The translations under genes were made by a program, and so were the position numbers. This document shows positions 20,377 through 30,804 of a DNA stretch of 64,000 nucleotides, piece after piece. The notes under the pieces were generated by a model. That model searched no databases and had not been told where the DNA came from. It was given only the letters and a program-made list of their open reading frames with translations. Source of the stretch: Polaromonas sp. (lineage in GTDB: Bacteria > Pseudomonadota > Gammaproteobacteria > Burkholderiales > Burkholderiaceae_C); contig JANPDG010000143.1 in assembly GCA_031431335.1 (NCBI GenBank), forward strand, positions 608-64,607, written 5' to 3'. Within the stretch, counting starts at the first letter, position 1, and every line of letters starts with the position of its first letter.

Positions 20377-21270
20377 TTAGTCGGGCATGCAGTGCAGCGG
20401 CAGGTCGTGAAGCTGTGCCAGTGCGTTGATTTGCAAACAGCTGCGCACTGCAAAAAACGCTGTCAGTGCAGTGTGCGTCTCTGGCAGTAGCATGTCCGCC
20501 GTGTCTGCTGTTGCAATGAAAGCTGCTTTGCACAGTGCCAGTGCGAAATGGGGCTCTAGCGCAGCAACAGCCACGCGGCCATCGGCGCAGCGGTACACGC
20601 GGTAGCCTGCATGTGCGCCACCCACCGTGCCGCTGGGCTCTGTCATGCCCCAGGCGCGGGGCAGGGCCAAGTGCTCGGCTGCGCTAGACAGCGCCACTTC
20701 TTGGCAGCTGGCTAAGCCTTGGGTGCGATAGAGCAGCACAGCTTGCAGCACGGCTTCAGTAGCCATCAGCGCGCCTGCCATGTCTGCGTACAAAGTGGCG
20801 GGCAGCTCAGTGCTGGTGACCAAGCCGTGCTCGGCTAAATACGTCAGGTCGTGGCCCGGCTCGTCTGCACGTGCGCCTGGGCTGCCTACGATGCTCACCA
20901 TGCACAGCTGTGGGTGCTGGCGGTGCAGTGTGGGCCAGTCTAGCTGCAGCTTGCGTAGTGCAGCAGGGCGAAACGAGGTGAGCAGCACTTGGGATTGCGA
21001 CAGCTCTGCGTGCAGCGCGGCTTGGTCTTTGGGGGTCTTCAGGTCGAGTGTGAGGGTGCGTACGCCGTCGTGCAACTGCGCGTAGGCAGGTGCGCTGTAG
21101 CTGCGCATCAGGTCGCCGCTGGGGCCTTCTACCTTAGTGCACTGAGCGCCCATACCGTGCAGTCGCATGAGTGCGGCGGGGCCGGGCAGGTTGAGTGCCA
21201 GGCTGATGACATGCACTCCTTGCAACGGCTTGGCAGAGTGTGCGAGAGGGGATGCTTGGTGTATGTTCAT
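20377..21270 (-). CDS. CoA-transferase family III (CaiB/BaiF-like) protein
   Basis: LQGVHVISLALNLPGPAALMRLHGMGAQCTKVE N-terminal fold and a GHDLTY motif. 297 aa (short for the family). Confidence 0.7.
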   Translation of the reverse strand: MNIHQASPLAHSAKPLQGVHVISLALNLPGPAALMRLHGMGAQCTKVEGPSGDLMRSYSAPAYAQLHDGVRTLTLDLKTPKDQAALHAELSQSQVLLTSFRPAALRKLQLDWPTLHRQHPQLCMVSIVGSPGARADEPGHDLTYLAEHGLVTSTELPATLYADMAGALMATEAVLQAVLLYRTQGLASCQEVALSSAAEHLALPRAWGMTEPSGTVGGAHAGYRVYRCADGRVAVAALEPHFALALCKAAFIATADTADMLLPETHTALTAFFAVRSCLQINALAQLHDLPLHCMPD

Positions 21271-21277
21271 GAGAATA

Positions 21278-21343
21278 TTTTAGGTGAAAATATTGGCATT
21301 TTCCGACGTGGATATTGAATAGTTAGCTATTAAATTAATAGTA
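21278..21343 (+). repeat. AT-rich ~65-bp interspersed repeat, copy C
   Basis: TTTAGGTGAAAATATTGGCATTTTCCGACGTGGATATTGAATAGTTAGCTATTAAATTAATAGTAA. Lies between the pobA stop and the CoA-transferase start. Confidence 0.9.
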
Positions 21344-21368
21344 ATCTGTGCAAATTTAAGCCCATCAA

Positions 21369-22580
<1,212 letters not shown>

Positions 22581-22622
22581 CTAAGACACTCGGCGCGAAG
22601 TGCAAAGTAGCTTGGTACTATA

Positions 22623-22661
22623 TTGCGCGATTAAAAGTATATTTGCGCGATAATCGCGCAA
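22623..22661. promoter_or_regulatory. Operator-like repeats in the pobA/regulator divergent region
   Basis: Perfect 19-bp palindrome TTGCGCGAT-A-ATCGCGCAA (22643-22661) plus a third half-site TTGCGCGAT at 22623-22631. Confidence 0.55.
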
Positions 22662-23494
22662 TGAAATCATTGCAACTGCTGGCTAAAGCCGATGTGATTG
22701 AAGGCGCAGTGCGGGCGCTGGCTGTTTTGGAGGCGTTTAGCGCAGAGCGCCAGCGGTTGAATGCCACCCAAGTGGCTGAGCGCGCAGGCATCACACGCGC
22801 TGCTGCGCGCAGGTACTTGCTCACATTGCAAGCGCTGGGCTATTTGGAAGGCGAGCGCGGTGTGTATTGGTTGGGTGTGCGTGTGCTGCGCTTGGCGGGC
22901 AATTATTTGGCCTCAGCGCGCCTGCCGCGCGTGGTGCAGCCCACACTCAACCGCTTAAGCGCAACGCTGGACTGCGCTGTGTCTGTGGCGGTGCTAGACG
23001 ATGCTGATGTGGTTATTGTGGCGCGCAGCGGCGAGCAGCGCATGCTCAGGCGTGCCTTGCCTTTTGGCACCCACCTAGGGGCACGGTTGCCAGCGTTTGC
23101 CACCAGCACAGGGCGCATTTTATTGGCGCAGCTTAGCCGTGTGCAGCTCTCGACATGGCTTGAGGACAAAGTACTGCAGCGATTAACACCGCACACCACA
23201 ACAGGAAAATTAGCTTGGAAAGCCTGTGTGCAGCGCGCTGCAGAGCAGGGCTATTGCGTTGCTAACCAAGAGCATGAGTTGGGCGTACAGGCACTGGCGG
23301 TGCCGCTGCGCGATAGCTCTGGCAGGGTAGTAGCGGCGCTCAATGTAGTGGTGCCAGCCGATGCTGATGCTACTTGGCCTGTGCAGGTTAATAAAGCGCA
23401 AAAAACTCGCCTATCAGCTCACACCTTGGCGCTGGTGCCTTCATATTTGCCTGCGATGCTGGCAGCAGCAGATGAAGTGCGCTTGCTACTCTGA
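22661..23494 (+). CDS. IclR family transcriptional regulator (PobR/PcaU-like by context)
   Basis: N-terminal wHTH (LNATQVAERAGITRAAARRYLLTLQALGYL) and a C-terminal IclR effector domain. Divergent from pobA. ATG at 22661 preferred over TTG at 22643. Confidence 0.85.
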   Translation: MKSLQLLAKADVIEGAVRALAVLEAFSAERQRLNATQVAERAGITRAAARRYLLTLQALGYLEGERGVYWLGVRVLRLAGNYLASARLPRVVQPTLNRLSATLDCAVSVAVLDDADVVIVARSGEQRMLRRALPFGTHLGARLPAFATSTGRILLAQLSRVQLSTWLEDKVLQRLTPHTTTGKLAWKACVQRAAEQGYCVANQEHELGVQALAVPLRDSSGRVVAALNVVVPADADATWPVQVNKAQKTRLSAHTLALVPSYLPAMLAAADEVRLLL

Positions 23495-23508
23495 ACGCAG
23501 TGCCAAAG

Positions 23509-25053
23509 TCAAGCGCGGTGCGAAATTTCTACCACCAAGCTGCGCGTAGCCAAAACGTCAATAAGACGCTGCGCTTTGGCGCGATTGACTGCATCTAGGT
23601 TGGCGTCCCACTCATCGAGCAAATAGATGGCAGCATGGGTCTGGTTGACGATTTCTGTTAGCGACTGCAACTGCCGCTCGCCTGATGAGAACCCTGCGCT
23701 AGCCTCGGCTGTGGGTGCCACTTGATTGGTGGTGGGAGCGGCGGTGGTGTCATCTTCGTCAGCCGCATCTTCCTCCTTGGCGGCCGCTTCGGCTGCTGCA
23801 AAATCAAAAGCCAGCTTAGTGCTGGTGGGCCAGTAATAAGCGTTGCCACCGATGTGGTGCTTGAGTGCTGCTAGCAAGGTTGACTTGCCAGCGCCGTTGC
23901 TCCCGCGCACTTGGACTACGCCGCGTTCCAGCTGACTTAGCATCGCGCAAGCGGCTTCAAAGCTGGCCAAGGGCAATGGTGTGGCAATCTGAACGCTGGC
24001 ATCGGTCAATAGGGCTGACGGCACACCAGGCGGCAGGTATGTCAGGTGCAACTCGCTCATATTAATTCGATCATTAAAATCCTCATCCGCTTGGGCCTGC
24101 ATAGCTTGGCTCGCACCAACCATGCGAATCCAAATAGCTTGCAGATCGTTCCAGCCAGCGGCTAAATCATGCACGTTGTACGACAGCTCGATTTGGCGCG
24201 GCAGCGTAGCAGCCAAAGCAATGAGGAGGGCAGTGTTTTGCGTATTGTGACCCGCGACATAGGCCAAATACGCCATAATGATCATCAGGGATGCGATACC
24301 ACTGAAAGCGGCTACGCCCTGTTTGGCCACGATGGTGCGAATTTGCGCGCGCAGGGCATCGCGCAGGCGCTTTTTAAAACCCGCGTGCCATACTCGAAAG
24401 TTATAGCGATTTCCGCTGGTGATATTGTCCCAAGCCGTGTAGGTGCGTGCTGTCATGCTATTGGTAGCACGTTGGTTTTCAGCGTAGGTGGCACTCACCC
24501 ATTTGCGCACGGCGTACTGCAGCAGCATCAAAGCCACAAACACACCTGCGTAGATAAACGGCAAGCCCGCATCAATCGCTAAGCCCAGCACGATCGAGTT
24601 AAACAACAGGCTGAACAAAAGTTTGAGGTCGGCTTCCAGCTCATAGATGAGCTCAAAAATCAGGTGAAAGGTTTCGTTGGTTAAAAACGGCTCCACCTTT
24701 TCGCGCTGTGCGGTGCCTGAAAATAAACGTGCGTCGCTGCGGTTTTCTCGTGCAAAGCGCAGCATGTAGCGGCCAAACGTGCCAAAGCCTGCGCGCTCGG
24801 CATACACCCAACTGATAGCACCCACAGCATAAGAGGCAGACTGCGCCAGCACGATCCAACCAAAGTCAGCCAACAAGAAGTCTTCGTTGGCCAGGTCTTG
24901 GCCCGCTTGAATGACCAGCCAGGTAGTCAGTGCGGCCAATGCAGCTTCGACCATCAGTAAGCCCAACATGCCGTAGAAAGGTGGGCACAACATCAAGCCC
25001 GCAAAATCACGGGACTTGAAGAGTTTGCGCGCTTTAAGAGAGGCAGATGGCAT
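23509..25053 (-). CDS. Fused ABC transporter permease/ATP-binding protein, atypical short NBD
   Basis: N-terminal multi-TM domain, Walker A GSNGAGKST, signature FSSGERQ and Walker B IYLLDEWD. An Ala/Asp/Glu-rich insert lies between Walker A and the signature. Confidence 0.75.
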   Translation of the reverse strand: MPSASLKARKLFKSRDFAGLMLCPPFYGMLGLLMVEAALAALTTWLVIQAGQDLANEDFLLADFGWIVLAQSASYAVGAISWVYAERAGFGTFGRYMLRFARENRSDARLFSGTAQREKVEPFLTNETFHLIFELIYELEADLKLLFSLLFNSIVLGLAIDAGLPFIYAGVFVALMLLQYAVRKWVSATYAENQRATNSMTARTYTAWDNITSGNRYNFRVWHAGFKKRLRDALRAQIRTIVAKQGVAAFSGIASLMIIMAYLAYVAGHNTQNTALLIALAATLPRQIELSYNVHDLAAGWNDLQAIWIRMVGASQAMQAQADEDFNDRINMSELHLTYLPPGVPSALLTDASVQIATPLPLASFEAACAMLSQLERGVVQVRGSNGAGKSTLLAALKHHIGGNAYYWPTSTKLAFDFAAAEAAAKEEDAADEDDTTAAPTTNQVAPTAEASAGFSSGERQLQSLTEIVNQTHAAIYLLDEWDANLDAVNRAKAQRLIDVLATRSLVVEISHRA

Positions 25054-25274
25054 GGGTGAAATAGGCGCTGTAAGCTGGGGTTTAGTTCGGATAAGTAGTT
25101 ACCCTTATTTGAATAACTCTGTGTGGTTTTTGAGCTTCAGTCGTGTGCTTTGTCAACGTATTTTGGTTATTTCACGTTGTGTCAACAGGCCAATAGGATC
25201 AACTTATTGGTTACACTGGTTCACCTGCTGAAAAGTAGGTGAATATTAACCCCTCAAACCGAAGGAAGACAATC

Positions 25275-25334
25275 ATGGCAAAGAAAATGAAGAAAAAAGC
25301 CGGCAAAAAGCCAGCAGCTCCAGCCGCTAAGTAA
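25275..25334 (+). CDS. Candidate 19-aa lysine-rich small protein (MAKKMKKKAGKKPAAPAAK)
   Basis: GAAGGAAG RBS 6-13 nt upstream of the ATG and a strong terminator about 15 nt after the TAA. Too short for the ORF track. Confidence 0.4.
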   Translation: MAKKMKKKAGKKPAAPAAK

Positions 25335-25350
25335 TTAGCCGCTTAAAGCG

Positions 25351-25380
25351 AAAAATACCCGCTTAAGCGGGTATTTTTTT
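25351..25380. terminator. Bidirectional rho-independent terminator
   Basis: AAAAATACCCGC-TTAA-GCGGGTATTTTTTT between the small ORF (+) and the ABC ATPase gene (-). Confidence 0.85.
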
Positions 25381-25442
25381 GTCTGCTGTGAATATGAGCA
25401 ACCGATGCAAGAGGGTACTTTTGCAGAGGTCGCCTGTCCAGA

Positions 25443-26156
25443 TCAAACTCCTAAGTAGCGGGTCAGCAGCCCAGGTTGACGGTGCAGTTCGGCAGAGCTG
25501 CCTGTGAACACCACCTCGCCCTTGACCAAGATCACATTGCGGTCGGTGATCTGGGTCACGTGCTGGTAGTTTTTGTCCACAATCACACTGCTCATACCTG
25601 TTTGCTTGATGGTCTCGCAAATACGCCAAATGTCTTTGGCAATCAAGGGTGCCAAGCCTTCGGTGGCTTCGTCCAAAATCAAAACATCGGGGTTGGTCAT
25701 CAGCGCGCGGCCAATGGTCAGCATTTGCTGCTCGCCGCCCGACAGCTGCTGCCCGCCGTGGCCTAAGCGCTCTTTGAGGCGCGGAAACGTGTCCAGCACA
25801 CGCTCATATGTCCAGTCGCACTGCTTGCGTGTGCCCGCGCGCGCAGCCATGAGCAAGTTTTCTTTGACATTCAAATTGCCAAAGATGCCGCGCCCCTCGG
25901 GTACATACGCAATGCCTAGGTGGGCTACTTCATAAGCCGAACGGCCCGTCATCTCTTGGCCCGCAATATGCACACTGCCGCGCGCAGGTTTGACCAAGCC
26001 CATGATGGACTTGAGCAAAGTTGATTTGCCCATGCCGTTGCGCCCCATTAGGCCAATGGTTTCACCTACGCCTACAGTAAAGTCAATGCCTTTTAAGATG
26101 TGGCTTGCGCCATAGTAGCTGTGCAGACCTTGCACCTGAATCAGTGGCGTGCCCAT
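25443..26156 (-). CDS. HAAT-family (branched-chain amino acid type) ABC transporter ATP-binding protein, LivF-like
   Basis: GRNGMGKSTLLKSIMG Walker A, LSGGEQQML and LILDEATEGLAP. 237 aa. Confidence 0.92.
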   Translation of the reverse strand: MGTPLIQVQGLHSYYGASHILKGIDFTVGVGETIGLMGRNGMGKSTLLKSIMGLVKPARGSVHIAGQEMTGRSAYEVAHLGIAYVPEGRGIFGNLNVKENLLMAARAGTRKQCDWTYERVLDTFPRLKERLGHGGQQLSGGEQQMLTIGRALMTNPDVLILDEATEGLAPLIAKDIWRICETIKQTGMSSVIVDKNYQHVTQITDRNVILVKGEVVFTGSSAELHRQPGLLTRYLGV

Positions 26157-26158
26157 GC

Positions 26159-26908
26159 TCAGTGCGCCTCGCCTAGATAGGCTGCTTGTACCGCAGGGTC
26201 TGCGCGCACCTGCGCAGGCTGTCCACTGGCAATCATTTGGCCATTCACCATGACGGTGAGTTGGTCAGCCAGTGTAAATACGGCATCCATATCGTGCTCC
26301 ACCAGCAAGATGGCGTGCTGGGGTTTGAGAGCCTGCAGGAGTTCGATCATCTTGTGCGCCTCGGCCGTGCCCATGCCTGCCAAAGGTTCGTCGAGTAGCA
26401 GCACTTGGGGCTGAGTGGCCAGCGCCATAGCGATCTCTAGCTGGCGTTGCTCTCCGTGGGATAGCGCAGCCGCTTGCGCGCTCTCGCGCCCGCTCAAGCC
26501 TGCCTGCGTTATGGACTGCGCCGTCAATTGATTGCTAGCGTCAAACGCACTGGCGCGGGCCAGCCAGCGCAACGCGTGCTGCGCGCGAGACTGCGCAGCC
26601 AAGTGCACGTTGTCCCATACCGTCAGGGGCAAAAAGATATTGGTTTTTTGGTAGCTACGGCCCAAGCCACTGCGCGAGATTGTCTCGGGTGCTGCACCGG
26701 TCACATCGTGGCCTAATAAATGCACGCTGCCCGAGGTGGGGCGCAGATCGCCCGAGAGCAGGTTGGTCAGTGTTGACTTGCCTGCACCGTTGGGGCCGAT
26801 GACAGCGTGAATGGTGTTGCGCACCAGTGTGATCGATAGTTCGCTCACGGCAGCCAAGCCGCCAAACCGTTTGGTCAGATTGCGGGCGACGAGCAATACG
26901 TCGCTCAT
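26159..26908 (-). CDS. HAAT-family ABC transporter ATP-binding protein, LivG-like
   Basis: GPNGAGKSTLTNLLSG, LSHGEQRQLEIAMAL and LLLDEPLAGM. 249 aa. Confidence 0.92.
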   Translation of the reverse strand: MSDVLLVARNLTKRFGGLAAVSELSITLVRNTIHAVIGPNGAGKSTLTNLLSGDLRPTSGSVHLLGHDVTGAAPETISRSGLGRSYQKTNIFLPLTVWDNVHLAAQSRAQHALRWLARASAFDASNQLTAQSITQAGLSGRESAQAAALSHGEQRQLEIAMALATQPQVLLLDEPLAGMGTAEAHKMIELLQALKPQHAILLVEHDMDAVFTLADQLTVMVNGQMIASGQPAQVRADPAVQAAYLGEAH

Positions 26909-27891
26909 GGCTTGTCACCTTTGGCACCAGAGAACTTTTCAATCAAGCCAAGCAGGCCGCGTGGAGCAAGAATAACCACCGCAACGATAAACGCGCCCAT
27001 CAACAGCTGCCAATGTTTGGTGATGTCTTTGAACACATGCAAAAACATCTCAAACGCAAACGCGCCCACAATGGCACCCGCAAAATTGCCCATGCCGCCT
27101 AAGATGACCATCATGATCACATGGGCGCTGTTGTGAAAACCCATGAGCTCGGGGTTGATGTAGCCAGTCTGCACGCCCCATAAATAGCCCGCCACACCCG
27201 CCAGCGCACCCGCTAAGGTGAAGGCTGCCAGCTTGTAGCTGTAGGTACGGTAGCCCATAGCGCGCATGCGGTGTTCGTTGATGCGTATGCCGCTCAGCGT
27301 GCGGCCAAAGGGGCTAAAAAGTACACGGCGCAAAAAGAAATACACCGCCAACATCAGTACAAAAACCAAAAAATAAAGGCTGCGCTTATTGTCCAGGTTC
27401 AGTAGCTCGATACTGCCCAGCGCTACCACTGGCTTGAGGTTGATATACAGCCCGTCTGAGCCGCCCAGAGCTTTGTTGTCAAAGAATGCAAAAAACACCA
27501 TTTGGGCAAACGCCATCGTGACCATGATGAAGTAAATACCGTGCGTGCGCACCACAAAAAACCCAATCACCGCCGCCGCCAACGCCGATGCACCCACCGC
27601 CAAGGGCAGACTCCACCAAATACTTGCGCCACTGGCCTCGGGCGAGACAAACGCCAGCACATAACCCGCTAAGCCAAAGTAGGCCGCGTGGCCCAGCGAA
27701 ACCAAGCCTGTAACGCCCTGCAGCACATCTAGGCTCATCGCAAAGATCGCCATGATCATCATGCGTGTGACCAGCCCCAAATAAAAGTCACTGCCCACAA
27801 ACGGAAACACCGCCAGCGCGAGTGCGCCCAAGCCCAGCGTGAACCGCAGGCTGCGCGGCAGGCGCTCAAGATTGGTTTGTGCGGCGCTCAT
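26905..27891 (-). CDS. HAAT-family ABC transporter permease, LivM-like
   Basis: 328-aa polytopic membrane protein. GLVSLGHAAYFGLAGY motif. Start overlaps the upstream gene. Confidence 0.9.
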   Translation of the reverse strand: MSAAQTNLERLPRSLRFTLGLGALALAVFPFVGSDFYLGLVTRMMIMAIFAMSLDVLQGVTGLVSLGHAAYFGLAGYVLAFVSPEASGASIWWSLPLAVGASALAAAVIGFFVVRTHGIYFIMVTMAFAQMVFFAFFDNKALGGSDGLYINLKPVVALGSIELLNLDNKRSLYFLVFVLMLAVYFFLRRVLFSPFGRTLSGIRINEHRMRAMGYRTYSYKLAAFTLAGALAGVAGYLWGVQTGYINPELMGFHNSAHVIMMVILGGMGNFAGAIVGAFAFEMFLHVFKDITKHWQLLMGAFIVAVVILAPRGLLGLIEKFSGAKGDKP

Positions 27892-27901
27892 GGCAGTGTG
27901 C

Positions 27902-28765
27902 TCATTGTTTAAACAGCCCTTCGGGCTTGAACAGCAGCACGAGCGCCATCAGCACATACACCAGCATGCTGGCCACAGACGGAAACAGCACTTTGCCAAA
28001 GGTGTCTACCAAGCCCACCAGCAGCGCTGCAATGAGTGCGCCGCGCACCGAGCCGATGCCGCCAATCACGACGACCACAAAGCACATGATCAGCACGCTC
28101 GAACCCATATTGGGGTAGACCGACGAGATGGGTGCGGCAATCATGCCCGCAATCGCTGCCAATGCTGTGCCCAAGGCAAACACGATCATTTGAATGCGCT
28201 TGACGTTCACGCCCAGTGCCTGCGCCATCTCACTGTTAAAGGCACCCGCACGAATTTTCATGCCCAGCTTGGTTTTAGAGATCAGCAAATACAAGCCGAT
28301 GGCCAAAGCGATGCACAAACCGCTCATGAACAGTCGGTAGACAGGGTAGGACAAATTTTCGGTCAGCGGGATGGACGCAGACAGCGCATCAGGAATATTC
28401 ACGCCATGCACATCGTCGCCCCAGACGATAGAGCGCGTCTCTTCAAAGATATAAATCAGGCCAAAGGTCAGCAGCACTTGGTCAAGATGGCTGCGCTGGT
28501 AGAAGTGGCGAAACAGCAGCCACTCAAGCGCCAAGCCAAACAGCACTGCGAGCACTGCGCCCAAGACGATGGCCAATGTAAAGCTGCCGGTCAGGGTGGC
28601 CAGCGACCACGCCATATAAGCGCCCAGCATATAAAAGCTGCCGTGTGCCAAGTTGACCACGCCCATGATGCCGAAGATCAGCGTTAAACCTGCGGCCAGC
28701 ATGAACAGCAGCAACCCATACTGCACGCTGTTGAGCAACTGGATAAGAAAAGTACCGAAATCCAT
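27902..28765 (-). CDS. HAAT-family ABC transporter permease, LivH-like
   Basis: 287 aa. GVVNLAHGSFYMLGAY motif is typical of LivH. Confidence 0.9.
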   Translation of the reverse strand: MDFGTFLIQLLNSVQYGLLLFMLAAGLTLIFGIMGVVNLAHGSFYMLGAYMAWSLATLTGSFTLAIVLGAVLAVLFGLALEWLLFRHFYQRSHLDQVLLTFGLIYIFEETRSIVWGDDVHGVNIPDALSASIPLTENLSYPVYRLFMSGLCIALAIGLYLLISKTKLGMKIRAGAFNSEMAQALGVNVKRIQMIVFALGTALAAIAGMIAAPISSVYPNMGSSVLIMCFVVVVIGGIGSVRGALIAALLVGLVDTFGKVLFPSVASMLVYVLMALVLLFKPEGLFKQ

Positions 28766-28782
28766 CAGTCAGAATCCAAGGC

Positions 28783-29409
28783 TTATTTACGCGCAGCCAA
28801 TAGCAAGCAGCCCATGCCTGCAAATAGCCCGCCCGAGACGCGGTTAAACACCCGTGCGCGGCCCGCTTGGCGCAGCCAAGGTGCAATGCGTGCGGCAAAC
28901 AGTGTGCACACGCTGAGTGTGGTGAACTCAAAGGCTACGAACGTGAGCGCCAAAATAGCAAACTGCGGTGCCCAAGCCTGCGTGCTGTCGACAAACTGCG
29001 GAAAGAACGCCGCAAAAAACAACAGCGCCTTAGGGTTGCTCGCGCCCACCAGCATGCCTTGCAAATACAGCTGCTTCATGCAGACGCCACTGTCTGCGCT
29101 GGCCGCAGGCAAGTCAAAGCTGCTGACTGGGCTGCGGAAGGTTTTGATACCGAGGTAAATTAAATATGCACCACCCACCAGTTTCAAAATCCAAAACGCG
29201 GTGTCTGACGCAGCCAGCACAGCGCCTAAACCCAGCGACGACAGCAAAATCATGCCCAGCGCAGCGGTGATGCTGCCGCTGGCCGAGGCCATGGCTTTAG
29301 GCGCACCGTGGGCTATGGCATTGGTCATGCTCATCAGCATGGTGGGGCCTGGTGTGAGCACCAGCAGTGCGACAGCAGCGAGGTAGAGCAGGTAGGTAGA
29401 TAAGGTCAT
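28783..29409 (-). CDS. LysE/RhtB family amino-acid exporter
   Basis: 208 aa, 6 TM. N-terminal LLVLTPGPTMLMSMTNAIAHG is LysE-type. Confidence 0.85.
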   Translation of the reverse strand: MTLSTYLLYLAAVALLVLTPGPTMLMSMTNAIAHGAPKAMASASGSITAALGMILLSSLGLGAVLAASDTAFWILKLVGGAYLIYLGIKTFRSPVSSFDLPAASADSGVCMKQLYLQGMLVGASNPKALLFFAAFFPQFVDSTQAWAPQFAILALTFVAFEFTTLSVCTLFAARIAPWLRQAGRARVFNRVSGGLFAGMGCLLLAARK

Positions 29410-29501
29410 AGTGCATTGAGCTTAAACGAAACTGAAACTAAAAAAGCGCATCCGAAAAAAGGGAGGTCCAAGCCTCCCTTTTGCTGGGGCGACGCGTGTG
29501 G

Positions 29502-30689
29502 TTAGCCCATTTTGCAGCCCGCGCCGCTGTCAGCCAGCGCTTTGGCGGCTATGCCGATGACTTTGTTTTCTTTGTTTTCGACCTGGCGCACATAAATGTC
29601 TTGCACCGGGTTGTGCGACTTGCTCATGGTCCATTTGCCGCGCGGGCTGTCGATGGTGGCGCCTTCCATAGCGGCGTACAAAGCCGCTTTGTTCGACAAG
29701 TCGCCTTTGACAGCATTGGCACCTTGAATCAGCAGCAAGCCCGTGTCGTAGCCTTGTACGGCGTACACATCGGGCTGCGACTTGAATGCCTTGGCGTAGG
29801 CCAAGCGGAAGTTTTTGTTGCGCGGGGTGTTCAGCGAGTCGCTGTAGTGCATGGTAGTGATAATGCCATCGGCAGCAGGGCCCGCAGCGTCCAGCACGCC
29901 TTCGGTCAAGAAGCCCGAGCCGTACAGCGGGATTTTGCCTTTGAGGCCCGCAGCAGCGTAGTCCTTAATAAACTTGGCTGCGCCGCCACCTGCCCAGAAG
30001 CAGGCCACAGCGTCAGGCTTGAGCGAGGCAATCTCAGTAAGGAAGGCTTGAAATTCGACGTTAGGAAACGGCAGGCTCATCTCTTTGATGATGGTGCCGC
30101 CTGCGGCCAAGTAGCCTTCTTTAAAGCCTTCCAGCGCTTCGTCGCCTGCAGCGTATTTCCAGGTGATCCACACGGCAGTTTTGTGGCCTTTGTCGAACAT
30201 GACTTTGCCCAAAGCGCGGGTAGGCTGGCTGTTGCTAAAGCTGGTGCGAAACACGTTGGGCGCGCACAGTGCGCGCGTAGCGGCGTGCACGCCTGCGTTC
30301 GGGATTAAGCTCAATACACCTGACTCACGGGCGACCTTTTGAATGCCCATTTGCACGCCAGAGTGCACCGTACCTACCAGCACGTCTACTTTATCGCGCT
30401 GCACTAATTTGGTCGCGTTTTCTACGCCTTTGGATGGGTCTGATTCATCATCCACCTTAAAAAACTCCACCTCACGGCCACCCAGCTTGCCGCCTTGCTC
30501 ATTGAGCGCCATGCGAAAGCCGTTTTCAATGGCTACGCCCAGTTGAGCGAATGTGCCGGTGTTGGGCAGCATCATGCCGACGCGGATTTTGCCCGCCTGT
30601 GCGCTGGCCATGCCAGGCAATAGCAGGCCGGTGGACGCTGCGCCCACAAGGGCGGCGCTGCGAGATAAAACAAGGCGGCGGGTGGTCAT
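29502..30689 (-). CDS. ABC transporter substrate-binding protein (Leu/Ile/Val-binding family)
   Basis: ATG at 30689 preceded by a GGAGA RBS. Tat/Sec-like signal MTTRRLVLSRSAALVGAASTGLLLPGMASA. Type I periplasmic binding fold. Confidence 0.9.
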   Translation of the reverse strand: MTTRRLVLSRSAALVGAASTGLLLPGMASAQAGKIRVGMMLPNTGTFAQLGVAIENGFRMALNEQGGKLGGREVEFFKVDDESDPSKGVENATKLVQRDKVDVLVGTVHSGVQMGIQKVARESGVLSLIPNAGVHAATRALCAPNVFRTSFSNSQPTRALGKVMFDKGHKTAVWITWKYAAGDEALEGFKEGYLAAGGTIIKEMSLPFPNVEFQAFLTEIASLKPDAVACFWAGGGAAKFIKDYAAAGLKGKIPLYGSGFLTEGVLDAAGPAADGIITTMHYSDSLNTPRNKNFRLAYAKAFKSQPDVYAVQGYDTGLLLIQGANAVKGDLSNKAALYAAMEGATIDSPRGKWTMSKSHNPVQDIYVRQVENKENKVIGIAAKALADSGAGCKMG

Positions 30690-30804
30690 AACGGGATCTC
30701 CAAAAAAAAATAGTTTAGGCTTAAAGTAATTTACTGCAAACAAGCGCGCCAAGTATTAGCGCTAACCCGAGGTGAAGTGAACAATAGCTGGTACAGAGCA
30801 AAGT

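Noticed and set aside
21290-21310. Sigma-54 (-24/-12) promoter inside the AT-rich repeat (TGGCAyTTTTCCGAC)
   Set aside because: The GG is present, but the -12 GC dinucleotide is not at the required spacing in any copy. Orientation relative to downstream genes is also inconsistent.
27839-30308. Long antisense ORFs (27839..28687 and 29481..30308; similar ones at 39300..39974, 45616..46119, 41548..42144, 18588..19334 and 57203..57691)
   Set aside because: These are typical stop-poor antisense frames of GC-rich genes. They have Arg/His/Gln-rich nonsense composition and no RBS, and they fully overlap well-supported genes on the other strand.
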